Notes: generated from the sequence alone by a model not told the origin. DNA of 64,000 bases from Thermodesulfobacteriota bacterium (GCA_040757775.1 JBFLWQ010000001.1:58917-122916); one strand, 5' to 3'; counted from the first letter of the stretch, positions 9,920 to 20,186 are shown. A program made the numbers and translations.

Positions 9920-10130
9920 TAGATGGACGTGTAAAAACCCATTCTGTAGATCGAGAAAGAATCTGACCCTAGCTCATTATGTGCCCAGGTCGAAATTAAG
10001 GCTTGATACACAGGAAAACTGTTACACGCTCTGCGTTGAGTGCCATGAACTCGAGGAGAGAGGAGATCTCATTGTTGAAAAGGTTGGACGTAACATGTAC
10101 CGATTTTGCTATAGAAACAGGAATAAATGA
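9825..10130 (+). CDS. HNH endonuclease (free-standing)
   Basis: CKNPFCRSRKNLTLAHYVPRS...NCYTLCVECHELEE is an HNH/zinc-finger nuclease motif. The start is uncertain (ATG 9825, 9840 or 9903); it overlaps the end of the upstream gene. Confidence 0.55.
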   Translation: MDYKKMKFPKQGKVVLKGIDYVRFKRWIHERDRWTCKNPFCRSRKNLTLAHYVPRSKLRLDTQENCYTLCVECHELEERGDLIVEKVGRNMYRFCYRNRNK

Positions 10131-10230
10131 GATGTAACTTATTGATATTGTTGATATTTTATACTTGACAACCTGATCCCCATTCTGTATAATATCCTCA
10201 TAAATCCATAAAATGTAAGGGAGGGATATA

Positions 10231-11121
10231 ATGGTTAATTTAGAGTTTGGAATGAGCAAGGAAGAGGTTAAAAAGGAACTGCAGGAAGAACAAAAGAAGG
10301 CCAAGTATGAGACGATGGGCTATAACCAAAAAGATGTTATTAGTGCTCTTATAAAGGAAATGAGGCTTGGTAACGTTGAGAATGCTCTATATTGGCTTCA
10401 AGTAACACAAGAAGCAGGAGATAGCTGGTGGTATATAGGCAGAAGACTTCTCATTTTTACGTATGAGGACTGTTTCGGGGTAGAAGCAGCTATCTACTCT
10501 AATGCTGCGTGGCAGGCTCTCAATTTTACGAAAGACTCAGAGAATATCCTCTTTGCCTGGGTAGAAAGGCTGTGTAAGCTCACAAAGTTTTGGGAAGTCG
10601 AGGATGGTCAGGAGAGGGAATGGGCATGGCATCGTGGAAGGAAGGATATAGAAAGTGGTAAGTACAGACCAATTCCATCCTACGCAAAGGATCGTCACTC
10701 CAAATCGGGTTGGGATGAAGTTAAGGCTGGTGGGAGTTTTGATGAGAGGTTTAGCGGAACGCTCAGTGGGCGAATAAATATGATAAAGCAATTTAAGTTG
10801 AATGGTTGTTTACTGTCTGCAAGTTCAAACGAAAGTCCGGAGAAAGAACGTAATGAGAGACCTGACGACATAGAATTGTTTAGTCCAAAGGAAATTAATG
10901 GAAGATATCGTCCTCGCATAGTAGTTGACAATAGACCAGGAATTTACAGCGTTGAAAGTGAAACAACAAATGATGTGACCTATATTGTAGACCTAAACGA
11001 ACCAAGTTGTGAGTGCCCCCACCACCAGACAAGGAAAGCGATATGCAAGCACTTGAGGGCTGTTGATGGAGCGATCAGGAGAAAAGAGCTTGAGGATACA
11101 AGGAAAGGGAGGCTTGTATGA
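10231..11121 (+). CDS. SWIM zinc-finger protein
   Basis: C-terminal CECPHHQTRKAICKHL matches the SWIM CxCxnCxH pattern; RBS aagggaggg precedes the ATG. Confidence 0.5.
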   Translation: MVNLEFGMSKEEVKKELQEEQKKAKYETMGYNQKDVISALIKEMRLGNVENALYWLQVTQEAGDSWWYIGRRLLIFTYEDCFGVEAAIYSNAAWQALNFTKDSENILFAWVERLCKLTKFWEVEDGQEREWAWHRGRKDIESGKYRPIPSYAKDRHSKSGWDEVKAGGSFDERFSGTLSGRINMIKQFKLNGCLLSASSNESPEKERNERPDDIELFSPKEINGRYRPRIVVDNRPGIYSVESETTNDVTYIVDLNEPSCECPHHQTRKAICKHLRAVDGAIRRKELEDTRKGRLV

Positions 11122-11306
11122 GTTATGATGTTGGGATGAAACTTTTTATGAGGTATGGAAAGGATGTACTTGTGCATATGGCTAATCAATATGGTATCTG
11201 TCCAGATGGCTCTAAGAAAGATCTGGCGAAGCGAATAGCACAAGAAGAGGACAAGAGGTTTGATGAAAAGTGGCGCAAGATTATTAAGCCTCACGAAATA
11301 TATTGA
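11118..11306 (+). CDS. hypothetical small protein
   Basis: ATGA start/stop overlap with the upstream gene; 62 aa. Confidence 0.3.
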   Translation: MSYDVGMKLFMRYGKDVLVHMANQYGICPDGSKKDLAKRIAQEEDKRFDEKWRKIIKPHEIY

Positions 11307-11498
11307 TGGTGGAATATTTTTTTTACAAAGAGTACTTAGTAATTTATATGTTACTACCAAGTTGTTGGGAAGCAGAGGGATGTGGGAATGATGACAGACT
11401 CAAGGAGGGCTAACGATAGAGCTAACGCGCCGGAGCGTAGCGGAGGTCGCCGTTGAGCGATTTGTTATGCACGGCCTTTCATTCATTAAGGAGGATTT

Positions 11499-11894
11499 AT
11501 GAAATTGTATGATTATGTTTCAGCCTATGCAGAAAGGGGAGCTTGTACCTGTGGAAGATGCTATGATGCACCAGAGAACCCCGAAGAAACACAACCGGAC
11601 GGCCATACCGTTGACTTGACCTTCTTCAAGGTGGCAGCAAAGGGTGGCGACAAAGACACGTTTTTGTCTTTGGTTCGTGCTGAACATCCCGGCTGGCTGG
11701 ACGGCAAAGAACACAGCTATATTCATGTAGGCGCCGAGATGGGAGATCAGGGGATTGCCTTGATGACGATAGGGCTCGGTCATCTTTTGGGCGCATGGAA
11801 GGCCCTTTCACCGGATACGATGATGCCGTTTCTTCCTTCTGACTTAAAGCAGCAGATGGCAGGACGCGGCATGGTGAGTTTGCAGAGTGCATAA
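11499..11894 (+). CDS. hypothetical protein (locally GC-richer gene)
   Basis: RBS aaggagg + ATG; 131 aa; composition differs from neighbouring genes. Confidence 0.35.
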   Translation: MKLYDYVSAYAERGACTCGRCYDAPENPEETQPDGHTVDLTFFKVAAKGGDKDTFLSLVRAEHPGWLDGKEHSYIHVGAEMGDQGIALMTIGLGHLLGAWKALSPDTMMPFLPSDLKQQMAGRGMVSLQSA

Positions 11895-12109
11895 CAAGGA
11901 GTTAAGTTGCGAGCGAAGCGAGACAATCTTGAACGATTAGTTAGCGTTTGCACTGCCTATGTTAAAAATAAGGATGGTACAGCTATCATCGCAGAATATA
12001 GACTGCAACATGGTTTACGGTTTACATTATATGAAATGAAACAATGGATATTGCAGAATCCTAAAGTTGAAAGCGTGAAATTTTTAAAACGCTAACCAGG
12101 AGTTTAGAC

Positions 12110-12796
12110 ATGACCGAACTGTTTAGGAAATGCATGGTTATTGTCCCTCACTGTGATGACGAATGCATCTCCGTAGCTGGAACGATTGCGAAAATAAAGG
12201 AGGTTGGTGGAGAGGTCTCCGTTATTGTTCTGGTTGCAGGAGATATATTTTTTTGTCACGCGGAGGAGAAGGTGACTGCAGAGACAAGAATCAGAGAGTT
12301 TGAAAATGCTATGAAGTATCTTGGAGTGGATTATTATGATGTTCTGTATCGGACAGGAGACCTAGAGTCTAGGTTGGATACGATTCCGATAAGGGATATT
12401 GTTCACCGAATTGATCGACTGATTGTAGAGCATCAAGCAAGCACTGTGTTTATTCCAAGAAAGTCATTCCACCAGGACCATATCGTAGCTCATCAGGCTG
12501 CCTTCGCTGCTTGTAGACCAAGCCCGGATAAAGCTACACCACGGTATGTTCTGGAACACGAGTATCCGGCTAGCACATGGAATCTGTCTGGAGAAGATAG
12601 TTGGGCAAACTTCTTCGTTGATATAGAGGACTATATCGAAAAAAAAGTGAAGGCAATAGAATACCACCAGTCACAGTTGAGAAGTAATCTCCACACTATA
12701 AGTATTGAAACGTGTGTACTTTGGGCTAAAACAAGAGGGCGAATTGTTGGGATTGAGTACGCCGAAGCGTTTCGGCTATTGAGGTATGTAGGATGA
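12110..12796 (+). CDS. PIG-L/LmbE-family sugar N-deacetylase
   Basis: VIVPHCDDECISVAGTI... (PHxDDE motif) plus HQDHIVAH; RBS aggag. Confidence 0.65.
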   Translation: MTELFRKCMVIVPHCDDECISVAGTIAKIKEVGGEVSVIVLVAGDIFFCHAEEKVTAETRIREFENAMKYLGVDYYDVLYRTGDLESRLDTIPIRDIVHRIDRLIVEHQASTVFIPRKSFHQDHIVAHQAAFAACRPSPDKATPRYVLEHEYPASTWNLSGEDSWANFFVDIEDYIEKKVKAIEYHQSQLRSNLHTISIETCVLWAKTRGRIVGIEYAEAFRLLRYVG

Positions 12797-13479
12797 GGGT
12801 AACCATAAATCAGCCGTTGTTTTTTCAGAGATTGCACATGTTTAATCGTATTGCGGAATGCGATATCGCAGTGGTACTTCATTCCGCACAATTCGTGAGG
12901 AATGGAGACCAGCCTAAGCTGTTTCTGAAGTCTGCAAACCGTTTGCAGGAAATGAAGGTCCCTACCCTTCACGACGGAAGACAGTCAATAAAAGATACCA
13001 GGATTGATTACGGTCAGCAGTGGCAAAGAAAGATGATAAGGACAATAGAAATGAATTATGGAAAAACACCCTTCTTCTCTACCTACTTCGATGCGATTAA
13101 AAAGATTATATGTCAAACATACGCCTCTATAGGCGAATTAAACATTGCAACCCTCAGGTATGGCATGGCGGTCCTTGGCATCGACGTTAAGCTTGTACTA
13201 GATGATGAGCTTGATATTGATCCGTATGACAATCCGTCAGATTGGATGTTAAATATCTGCAAGGCACTCCACGCAACTGAATACCATTGTGGGAAGGTTG
13301 CTGCTGACAAGTACCTGGATTACGACAGGTTTCGTAAGGTAGGAATAAAGGTTTTTCCACAGGACTGGACAGCACGGGAGTACGAACAACCGTATAAGCC
13401 GTTTATTGGGAATCTGTCTGTAATTGACCTGCTGATGAATGTTGGCGGAGGAGATGCAGGAAAGGAGATGTTAAGGTGA
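12793..13479 (+). CDS. WbqC-like family protein (O-antigen-cluster associated)
   Basis: MRVTINQPLFFQRLHMFNRIAECDIAVVLHSAQF matches the WbqC-like N-terminus; ATGA overlap with the upstream gene. Confidence 0.55.
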   Translation: MRVTINQPLFFQRLHMFNRIAECDIAVVLHSAQFVRNGDQPKLFLKSANRLQEMKVPTLHDGRQSIKDTRIDYGQQWQRKMIRTIEMNYGKTPFFSTYFDAIKKIICQTYASIGELNIATLRYGMAVLGIDVKLVLDDELDIDPYDNPSDWMLNICKALHATEYHCGKVAADKYLDYDRFRKVGIKVFPQDWTAREYEQPYKPFIGNLSVIDLLMNVGGGDAGKEMLR

Positions 13480-14069
13480 ATAAATCGTGGGATATAGGAT
13501 ACTTGTATGATGAGGTCTTTGAAAAGGAAGGAGATAGCTACAAGTCACTGTTGTGGGGAGGACAGAACCGACAGTTTGTAACGTATAGGACAATCTGTCA
13601 GGAGATCGATTTCAACGGTACTTCGATATTGGATGTCGGCTGTGGATTTGGTGACTTCTACGAGTTTTTGTATGAAAGGACTGGATGGTTGAAACGGTAT
13701 GTAGGGATAGACATTAAAAAGGAGTTTGTGGATATTGCCCGAAAACGATACTGTACAGGCCCGGAGTTAATGTTTGCCTGCTGTGATATTGACTCAATGC
13801 CTAAAGTAAAGGTTGATTATGCCCTTGCGATAGGAACGCTGGCAACGAAAGATATATTTGATGATTTGATACCTAAAATGTGGAAGATCGCCGATCTTGG
13901 AATCGTTTTTACGTGCCTGAGTGATATAGATTATAAAGGATCACTGGTTTCGTACCATCCCGACAGGATCCTTGCGACCTGTTTTGTGCTGTCACCCCAT
14001 GTGGTAATGAGGCATGATTATGGGGAACAGGAAGCAACCTTTTTTGTATTTAGAAAAGAAAGACGTTAG
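13476..14069 (+). CDS. class I SAM-dependent methyltransferase
   Basis: Motif I ILDVGCGFGDF; GTGA start/stop overlap (GTG start). Confidence 0.6.
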   Translation: MNKSWDIGYLYDEVFEKEGDSYKSLLWGGQNRQFVTYRTICQEIDFNGTSILDVGCGFGDFYEFLYERTGWLKRYVGIDIKKEFVDIARKRYCTGPELMFACCDIDSMPKVKVDYALAIGTLATKDIFDDLIPKMWKIADLGIVFTCLSDIDYKGSLVSYHPDRILATCFVLSPHVVMRHDYGEQEATFFVFRKERR

Positions 14070-14287
14070 TCAAAACAAGCTTACAAAAGGGAAAAACATT
14101 GTTTATACGTGTATTTTATGATGGAAAAGAAACTCGATATTGAAACAAATAGACAAAAACTACTGATTTTTTGTAATATTTAATAATATCAAGCACTTAA
14201 GGAACGCACACAATCGCCTACAATGATTTTTTTTATCGAACCTCTTATTATCCCATTCACTGGATACGACTTGAGGAGGTAAACTGA

Positions 14288-14881
14288 ATGGAAGTGATCA
14301 CAGCACCGCCAAGGGCATCTAGTAGGACGGCAGTTTTTCAGAAGATGTTTGATATATGCAAGTCTGTAAAAGCGGCAGGACCTTACCTGATTGTTGAGAT
14401 AGGAACATTCAGGGGAGATTTTGAGGGAGATGGAGGCAGCACTTATTTTTTTGCTAAGTGGCTTTCTGAAAATGGAGGTGGGAAACTTCACAGCGTAGAC
14501 AATAACCCACAAGCAATTGAGATTTCCAGAAACGTATGCAAAGAATTTGATCGGTACATTGAATGGCACAACATGAGGTCTGAGGATTTTTTGAGAACAT
14601 TTCATGAGCATATTGACATGGTTTACCTCGATAGTATCGGATGGCGTAAGGATGGTGTAGATCAGTTTACGTGCCAGTATCAGCATTTGAAGGACTGGAT
14701 GCTTGTAAAGGATCGGTTGAATGGAGCGTTAGGGATTGATGATACCGATGGACTAAAGTATGGAAAAGGAGCGCAGATTGTAGCGTATTTGAACGGGAAA
14801 GGAGTGCCATGGCAGACCGTATACTGTGTCGAGCATGGAAAATGGCCTTGTGGAGTGGTTGCGGAATGGAGGTATAGATGA
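14288..14881 (+). CDS. SAM-dependent O-methyltransferase-like (family 3/TylF-like)
   Basis: LIVEIGTFRGD ... MVYLDS resembles class I O-methyltransferase motifs; RBS gaggagg. Confidence 0.45.
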   Translation: MEVITAPPRASSRTAVFQKMFDICKSVKAAGPYLIVEIGTFRGDFEGDGGSTYFFAKWLSENGGGKLHSVDNNPQAIEISRNVCKEFDRYIEWHNMRSEDFLRTFHEHIDMVYLDSIGWRKDGVDQFTCQYQHLKDWMLVKDRLNGALGIDDTDGLKYGKGAQIVAYLNGKGVPWQTVYCVEHGKWPCGVVAEWRYR

Positions 14882-15078
14882 GGAGAATAAGGAGGATAGA
14901 GATGAAAAGCAAAGATTCAAAAAGAAAGGTCTCAAAAATGATTAAGCCAAAGTTTCGGAAGTATCAGGAGCTTACAGTTGAACAACGAACTGATCCTGAT
15001 TATCGGGTAAAGGAGTTAATGAAGCTCAGTGGAGATGAATCCTTCATTGGATGTACCAAGTGCCATCATTGCCGATAG
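14878..15078 (+). CDS. small basic hypothetical protein
   Basis: 66 aa, Lys/Arg-rich, C-terminal CTKCHHC. Confidence 0.25.
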   Translation: MRRIRRIEMKSKDSKRKVSKMIKPKFRKYQELTVEQRTDPDYRVKELMKLSGDESFIGCTKCHHCR

Positions 15079-15098
15079 AGAAAAGGAAGATGAACTAA

Positions 15099-16535
15099 GT
15101 GAGACTGTTGCTAGTGCCCCATACAGGGCTAAGAAATATCCATAGCGACTCGAACTATCTGTTGTTTCTGGACCTGGCTCGTTACCTTACCGAAAGTGGT
15201 CATTGGTGCTACATGCTGGTACCAGGCTTTGCTAAAGAAAAGGTATACAGAATGAAAAGGTTGATGTACGTATTCCATGACTTCATTCGATATGATTATT
15301 ACACGGCATACAATCTGATCGATGAGGATTGGTTGATAAAGACGTTTTCGAGAAGGTATGGGAGCGAGATCATAGATGCGATTATCACATCTAAAGCATC
15401 AGTTGTCCCACAGTGGCAGGCGATCCTTTCTGATTATGTACGGTGCAGGGATATTGAGTGTTGTATAATTGAACCAGGAGTTTTCGACCGGGAAAGTGGT
15501 GGAGCATTACGTGGGGACATCGGACTTGCACTGATGAGTCTTGGCTATTCTCAAGCAACGACAGTATTTTTGACCGAGTACGAGAGGGAGCGGGCAAAGA
15601 AACTTGCGTCGGAGTATGTATCGGCTGCACGTATCAAGAAGATCCACGAACAGGCAGTTGTGAGGTCTGTTGGAATCGATACTGAATATATTGATAAGAA
15701 GACTGAAGGGATCACAAGAGCGAAAAAATTCACACTCATATATGCGGCTAGGCTAAATTCGGTGAAGAAACCGGATAGGATTCTGGAGCTGTATGACACG
15801 ATGTACCGGAGCGGAAGGAATGTGAATATCGTTGTAACTACCGGGACTCAGCAGCTTCCTGTCAAACGACGTATGGATAAAATTCTGAAAGGAAGACCTG
15901 AAATTGTGGTTCATTACGGATGTCCAAAGGATGACTACCTTAAGATTGCCAAATCAGCTCATGCTTTCGTATGCTGGAGTGAATCGGAAGGCTTCCCTGT
16001 AGGGTATTACGAGCAGATGTATTTAGGCGCGGTAGGAATTTTCCCCAAAAAGAAGTGGGCTTTGAAGCAGTTGCCGCCTGAGTATAAATGGATGTTCTCG
16101 AGAAAAGAAGAAGCATACTCGATGCTCATGGAGATATACGACCACTATGACAAGATTTCGCAGGAAATGGATTGGATGAAGGAATTCATTGCCAAAAGTT
16201 ATGGATATAGAGAGGTATATTCGATACTCGAAAAGGCAGTATCTGGCAGGTTGAAATTGAAGAACTCGTATATCAGGCCGAATGGAATCAGGCAACTGCT
16301 CGACACGATTGTCCCAAGTCTACCGGATGAGTTCAGCCTCGATCTGGTAATCAGGTCTCTCGGCAAATACGGCAGGTGCTTTCTTGAAGACAGGTATGCG
16401 AGAGGAGGAACGTTCAGGTATCCGTCTGACTATGATATCCACCGAATGTTGACGGATGAATATGGATGTATCGACCTGTGCAATAGAAACAGACCAGTTT
16501 ATAGAAAAGGAGACATATATGGCAAGAAAGGCTAA
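15099..16535 (+). CDS. GT-B fold glycosyltransferase-like protein (GT4-like)
   Basis: 478 aa; an E-x7-E motif near the C-terminal lobe (SESEGFPVGYYEQ); GTG start. Confidence 0.4.
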   Translation: MRLLLVPHTGLRNIHSDSNYLLFLDLARYLTESGHWCYMLVPGFAKEKVYRMKRLMYVFHDFIRYDYYTAYNLIDEDWLIKTFSRRYGSEIIDAIITSKASVVPQWQAILSDYVRCRDIECCIIEPGVFDRESGGALRGDIGLALMSLGYSQATTVFLTEYERERAKKLASEYVSAARIKKIHEQAVVRSVGIDTEYIDKKTEGITRAKKFTLIYAARLNSVKKPDRILELYDTMYRSGRNVNIVVTTGTQQLPVKRRMDKILKGRPEIVVHYGCPKDDYLKIAKSAHAFVCWSESEGFPVGYYEQMYLGAVGIFPKKKWALKQLPPEYKWMFSRKEEAYSMLMEIYDHYDKISQEMDWMKEFIAKSYGYREVYSILEKAVSGRLKLKNSYIRPNGIRQLLDTIVPSLPDEFSLDLVIRSLGKYGRCFLEDRYARGGTFRYPSDYDIHRMLTDEYGCIDLCNRNRPVYRKGDIYGKKG

Positions 16536-17286
16536 AAAGGATAACGAGACTCCTGTTGGAAAGATAGATCATCCCCATCCAGAGACGATATTGATAGATG
16601 TCGGCATGATAGACAGAGCTGAGTGGAACCCTAACGTAATGAAGGACAGAAAGTTTAATAAACTGGTTGAACAGATTAGGGAAGTGGGGATTCTCGAAAA
16701 TATTGTGGTGAGAAAAACTGAGAAGGATAGGTATGAGGTGGTAAGCGGACATTGGAGATATGATGCTGCGAAAGTCGCAGGTTATGAAAAAGTCCCATGT
16801 GTTATAAGAGAAGATTGGGATGATGATAAAGCAAAGATACAGAATATGAGGTTTAATGTCCTCAAAGGAGATATAGACCCGCTCAAGTTCAGTAAGATGT
16901 GGGACGACATAGCGAAGAGCTATGATAATGAAGAGCTTAAGGCGTTGATGGGATTTGTGGAAGACAGAGAATTTGAGAGACTGTATATTGACATCAAAAA
17001 ATCGTTACCAGACGAAGTAGCTGGTAAGCTTGATAAGGCTAAGAATGAAATCAAGACAGTAGACGATCTGTCCAATATCGTTAACGAGTTGTTTACGAAG
17101 CACGGAGATACATTGGACAGGTCATATATGATATTCAGCTATGGAGGCAAGGAGCATCTGTATATTGTGATGGGCAAGGAGTTACGAAAGAAAATGGAGT
17201 TTGTGAAGGAAAAAAGCTCTGCGGAGGATAGGGATATTAACGAAGTAATGCTTGAAATGATGAGGGACGGAGGAACTGGACAATGA
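16519..17286 (+). CDS. ParB-like nuclease domain protein
   Basis: ATG 16519 with RBS aaaggag (the track's 16456 start lies inside the upstream gene). ILIDVGMIDRAEWNPN...VVSGHWRYDAAKVAGYEKVPCVIRE matches the ParB/Srx N-domain. Confidence 0.55.
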   Translation: MARKAKKDNETPVGKIDHPHPETILIDVGMIDRAEWNPNVMKDRKFNKLVEQIREVGILENIVVRKTEKDRYEVVSGHWRYDAAKVAGYEKVPCVIREDWDDDKAKIQNMRFNVLKGDIDPLKFSKMWDDIAKSYDNEELKALMGFVEDREFERLYIDIKKSLPDEVAGKLDKAKNEIKTVDDLSNIVNELFTKHGDTLDRSYMIFSYGGKEHLYIVMGKELRKKMEFVKEKSSAEDRDINEVMLEMMRDGGTGQ

Positions 17287-17480
17287 ACTGGATATATTTT
17301 GTGGTTTCGTTATGTATTGCTTTTGTGCTGGGAGGTGTCGTTGAATGGTTGACTGGAGGAGAGAGGTACTGTCCGAACTGCAGAAGCAGGATGACGTCAT
17401 ACTGTCCAGAATGTCTGAAGGATAGGATAATAAAAGGACAGATCAGGAGGAAGCAGGAGAAAATAGAAGAGGAGAAGTAG
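17283..17480 (+). CDS. small membrane protein with zinc ribbon
   Basis: One TM helix followed by CPNC...CPEC. Confidence 0.3.
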   Translation: MNWIYFVVSLCIAFVLGGVVEWLTGGERYCPNCRSRMTSYCPECLKDRIIKGQIRRKQEKIEEEK

Positions 17481-17482
17481 GC

Positions 17483-17659
17483 ATGGACATCGACAGAGCG
17501 GAAAGGATAATCCACTACCTTGAGGACTTCACCGAACAGATGAGCAAGTGGGAACAGAAGTTTTATGCAAACATGTGCAGAAGAGTAGAGGAACTGAATC
17601 AGGAGCCTACCGATGCACAGATGGGTGCACTTGAACGACTCTATGATAGGTTTCTATAA
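17483..17659 (+). CDS. hypothetical small protein (not in ORF track)
   Basis: MDIDRAERIIHYLEDF...; 58 aa; tightly packed between neighbours. Confidence 0.25.
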   Translation: MDIDRAERIIHYLEDFTEQMSKWEQKFYANMCRRVEELNQEPTDAQMGALERLYDRFL

Positions 17660-17668
17660 GACAGTAAA

Positions 17669-18280
17669 ATGGCAAGAAAACGTAAAAAAAGGAAGAAGTA
17701 CAAAAGTTTTGTAAGGCTGAAAAAGTTGAAGTGTTTTTCTGAGGTTGACGTTCGTTTGCGTTGTGGAGCATCGCCAGAAAAGGTAGCCAGTTTTATCCAG
17801 CAGGAAATGAATGAATACGAAGACGTTAAATGGGTGTCGCTTGTCAGGCAACTGTACAAGTACAAGAAATCGATACCTGTAACCCAGGTTCTTAGCCCAA
17901 CGTATATTGATAGAGCGGTAAAACAGATAGAGATGTACATAGATATTGCCAATGATGAAGCAAAGTTGATTCAGTACCAGAAAATAAGATTAGCGTACTA
18001 CGGACAAAGAGAAGAAGTCATGAACGTACCCATTCACGAACAAAGTCGGAATATCGAATTGCTTGCGAATCTGTTGAAACAGCATCGGGATACGCTAATC
18101 GAGCTAGGAATCGTCAAGAGACAGCCAATTGAAATCGAAGAGAGGGTTGCTGGAAGGCTTGAACTTGAGCACAAGCATAAGCTATCGCCCCAAGAGACTC
18201 AAAGAGTGACATCAGAGGCACGAAAACTTCTGAAGTTATTAAAGGGTGGTAAGGATGAACGTGAGAGAAATACCGCCTAG
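17669..18280 (+). CDS. putative terminase small subunit
   Basis: 203 aa, basic N-terminus (MARKRKKRKKYK). Sits immediately upstream of and overlapping the large terminase; assigned on position only. Confidence 0.3.
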   Translation: MARKRKKRKKYKSFVRLKKLKCFSEVDVRLRCGASPEKVASFIQQEMNEYEDVKWVSLVRQLYKYKKSIPVTQVLSPTYIDRAVKQIEMYIDIANDEAKLIQYQKIRLAYYGQREEVMNVPIHEQSRNIELLANLLKQHRDTLIELGIVKRQPIEIEERVAGRLELEHKHKLSPQETQRVTSEARKLLKLLKGGKDERERNTA

Positions 18281-20186
18281 TTATGAATACGCTGTAACTG
18301 AGACACTGGCGAATCTGAGGTCAGAACAAGAGAAGGAATACCTCATCAAAATTCTTGAAGAGGTATCGACGAGGGGTGAGTCGCAAACACTTCATGAGCT
18401 GGAGGAAATAAAGTACATTGAGCGACCGGTTGACATTGAGACATTCGTAACAGAACCGTATTATCTCGGTACCCATGGCGTTGACCTCTATCCAAAGCTG
18501 AAGGATGATCTTATTGAGTTGTTTGAAGGAAAGTATAATATAGTTATTTTAAGTGGTTCTATTGGCTGGGGAAAGGACTTCTTTACGTCATTTGTAATTT
18601 CGAGGCTTCTGTATGAGGTAAGTTGTCTAAGAAACCCGCAGAGAACGTATGGCTTGGCACAGGATTCGTCCCTTGTCTTTTTGAATCTCTCCATCAATGC
18701 TACAAAGGCTAGAAAGGTACTGTTTAAGGAAATTGCTACGAAGATAAAAGCATCCCAATACTTTAAGGAAAAGTTTCCGTATGAATCGCACATCATGTCT
18801 GAACTGCGCTTCCCGAAGGATGTTAGAGTTGAGCCCGGTAACTCTCTTGAGACGTCGATTATAGGAGAGAACGTATTCGGGACGGCAATCGATGAGGTCA
18901 ACTTCATGGCTTATGTAGAAGGTAGCAAAATGGCCAGAGGCAGGAAGGTTTATGACCAGGCTGAACTGTTGTTTAGTGCTGCACAGAGGAGAATGAAATC
19001 CAGACTGCCACTTGGGGACCCACCAGGCATGTTGATTGCTCTCTCGTCTAAGCAGTACCCGGATGATTTTATCGAACGTAAAAAAGATGAGTTAAGAGAC
19101 GACCCAAAGGTGTTTGTTAGAGAATATGCAGAATGGGAGACCAAACCTGCTTCGAGGTATTTAGGTAAAACGTTTAAGGTGGAGGTATCTGGCAGGCATG
19201 GTATGTCGAGGGTCCTTGTTGGAAATGAAGAGAACATTGAAGGTAAGGTAATAGATGTTCCGATTGAATATAGGCACGACTTTGAAACTGATCTTGAAGG
19301 ATCGATCAGGGATATTGCAGGAATTTCTGTCCTTTCGGTGGAGCCGTTTATTATGCAACGAAATAAGATATATGACTGCATTCAGAATGAGAGAGAGCAC
19401 CCCTTCACCATGGTAGAAAGCACGCTACAGGACGGTGGAAGTATAAGGCGTGAAATATTGTGTGAGCATGATGAGGAACTGGGAAGGTGGACGCCAAGGA
19501 TGAATCCTGAAGCACGACGGTTTATTCATATTGATCCGTCTTTGTCTGGAGATGCGACCGGTTTCGCAATGGGCCATGTTTATAAGTATGTGAATGTGGT
19601 TAGAACTGGAAGGGTCAGACAACCTAATGAGGATGAGCAGGAATCTAGTAGGTCTGAGATTCACGTTGAGTTTGCCCCTGTCATCTATATTGATTTTATG
19701 CTGCGGATCATCCCACCGCCTGGTGGGGAAATTATACTTGGTGATGTAAGGACTCTCGTATATGAACTGAGCGTTCTTGGGTTCAAGATACATACGGTAA
19801 GCCTTGATTCCTTTCAGTCAGCGGACAGCCTTCAGCAGCTTGGACAAAAAGGTTATAATACCGAATTGCTAAGTGTTGATACTGATATTACCCCATACTC
19901 AATGACGAAAATGGCATTGTATGAGGATCGGTTGATGCTCTACAACTATGAGTGGGTGAGATATGGAAGAACGTATGGTATTGTTGAGGAGTTGAAGAGG
20001 CTAGAACATAATAAGAAGAAAAGGAAGGTAGATCACCCTGCCCAGTATTGGAAGGATCTCGGAGATTCGCTTGCTGGTGTGGTGTATCATTGCGAAACGA
20101 AACGTCACGATGAACCAGTTGGGCCAAGTAAGGGGTACACCGATGATGAGAGAGGAGTAGAGTTCCTTGAAAGAAAGCATAGATAG
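18255..20186 (+). CDS. terminase large subunit
   Basis: About 640 aa; ATPase Walker-A-like ILSGSIGWGKD near the N-terminus and nuclease-like acidic residues in the C-terminal half. Followed downstream by the portal gene. Confidence 0.6.
   Translation: MNVREIPPSYEYAVTETLANLRSEQEKEYLIKILEEVSTRGESQTLHELEEIKYIERPVDIETFVTEPYYLGTHGVDLYPKLKDDLIELFEGKYNIVILSGSIGWGKDFFTSFVISRLLYEVSCLRNPQRTYGLAQDSSLVFLNLSINATKARKVLFKEIATKIKASQYFKEKFPYESHIMSELRFPKDVRVEPGNSLETSIIGENVFGTAIDEVNFMAYVEGSKMARGRKVYDQAELLFSAAQRRMKSRLPLGDPPGMLIALSSKQYPDDFIERKKDELRDDPKVFVREYAEWETKPASRYLGKTFKVEVSGRHGMSRVLVGNEENIEGKVIDVPIEYRHDFETDLEGSIRDIAGISVLSVEPFIMQRNKIYDCIQNEREHPFTMVESTLQDGGSIRREILCEHDEELGRWTPRMNPEARRFIHIDPSLSGDATGFAMGHVYKYVNVVRTGRVRQPNEDEQESSRSEIHVEFAPVIYIDFMLRIIPPPGGEIILGDVRTLVYELSVLGFKIHTVSLDSFQSADSLQQLGQKGYNTELLSVDTDITPYSMTKMALYEDRLMLYNYEWVRYGRTYGIVEELKRLEHNKKKRKVDHPAQYWKDLGDSLAGVVYHCETKRHDEPVGPSKGYTDDERGVEFLERKHR

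Noticed and set aside
11320-11498. Possible small RNA/tRNA in the GC-rich gap before 11499 (gctaacgatagagctaacgcgccggagcgtagcgg)
   Set aside because: No cloverleaf could be folded by eye; it has only short imperfect repeats. Left uncalled.
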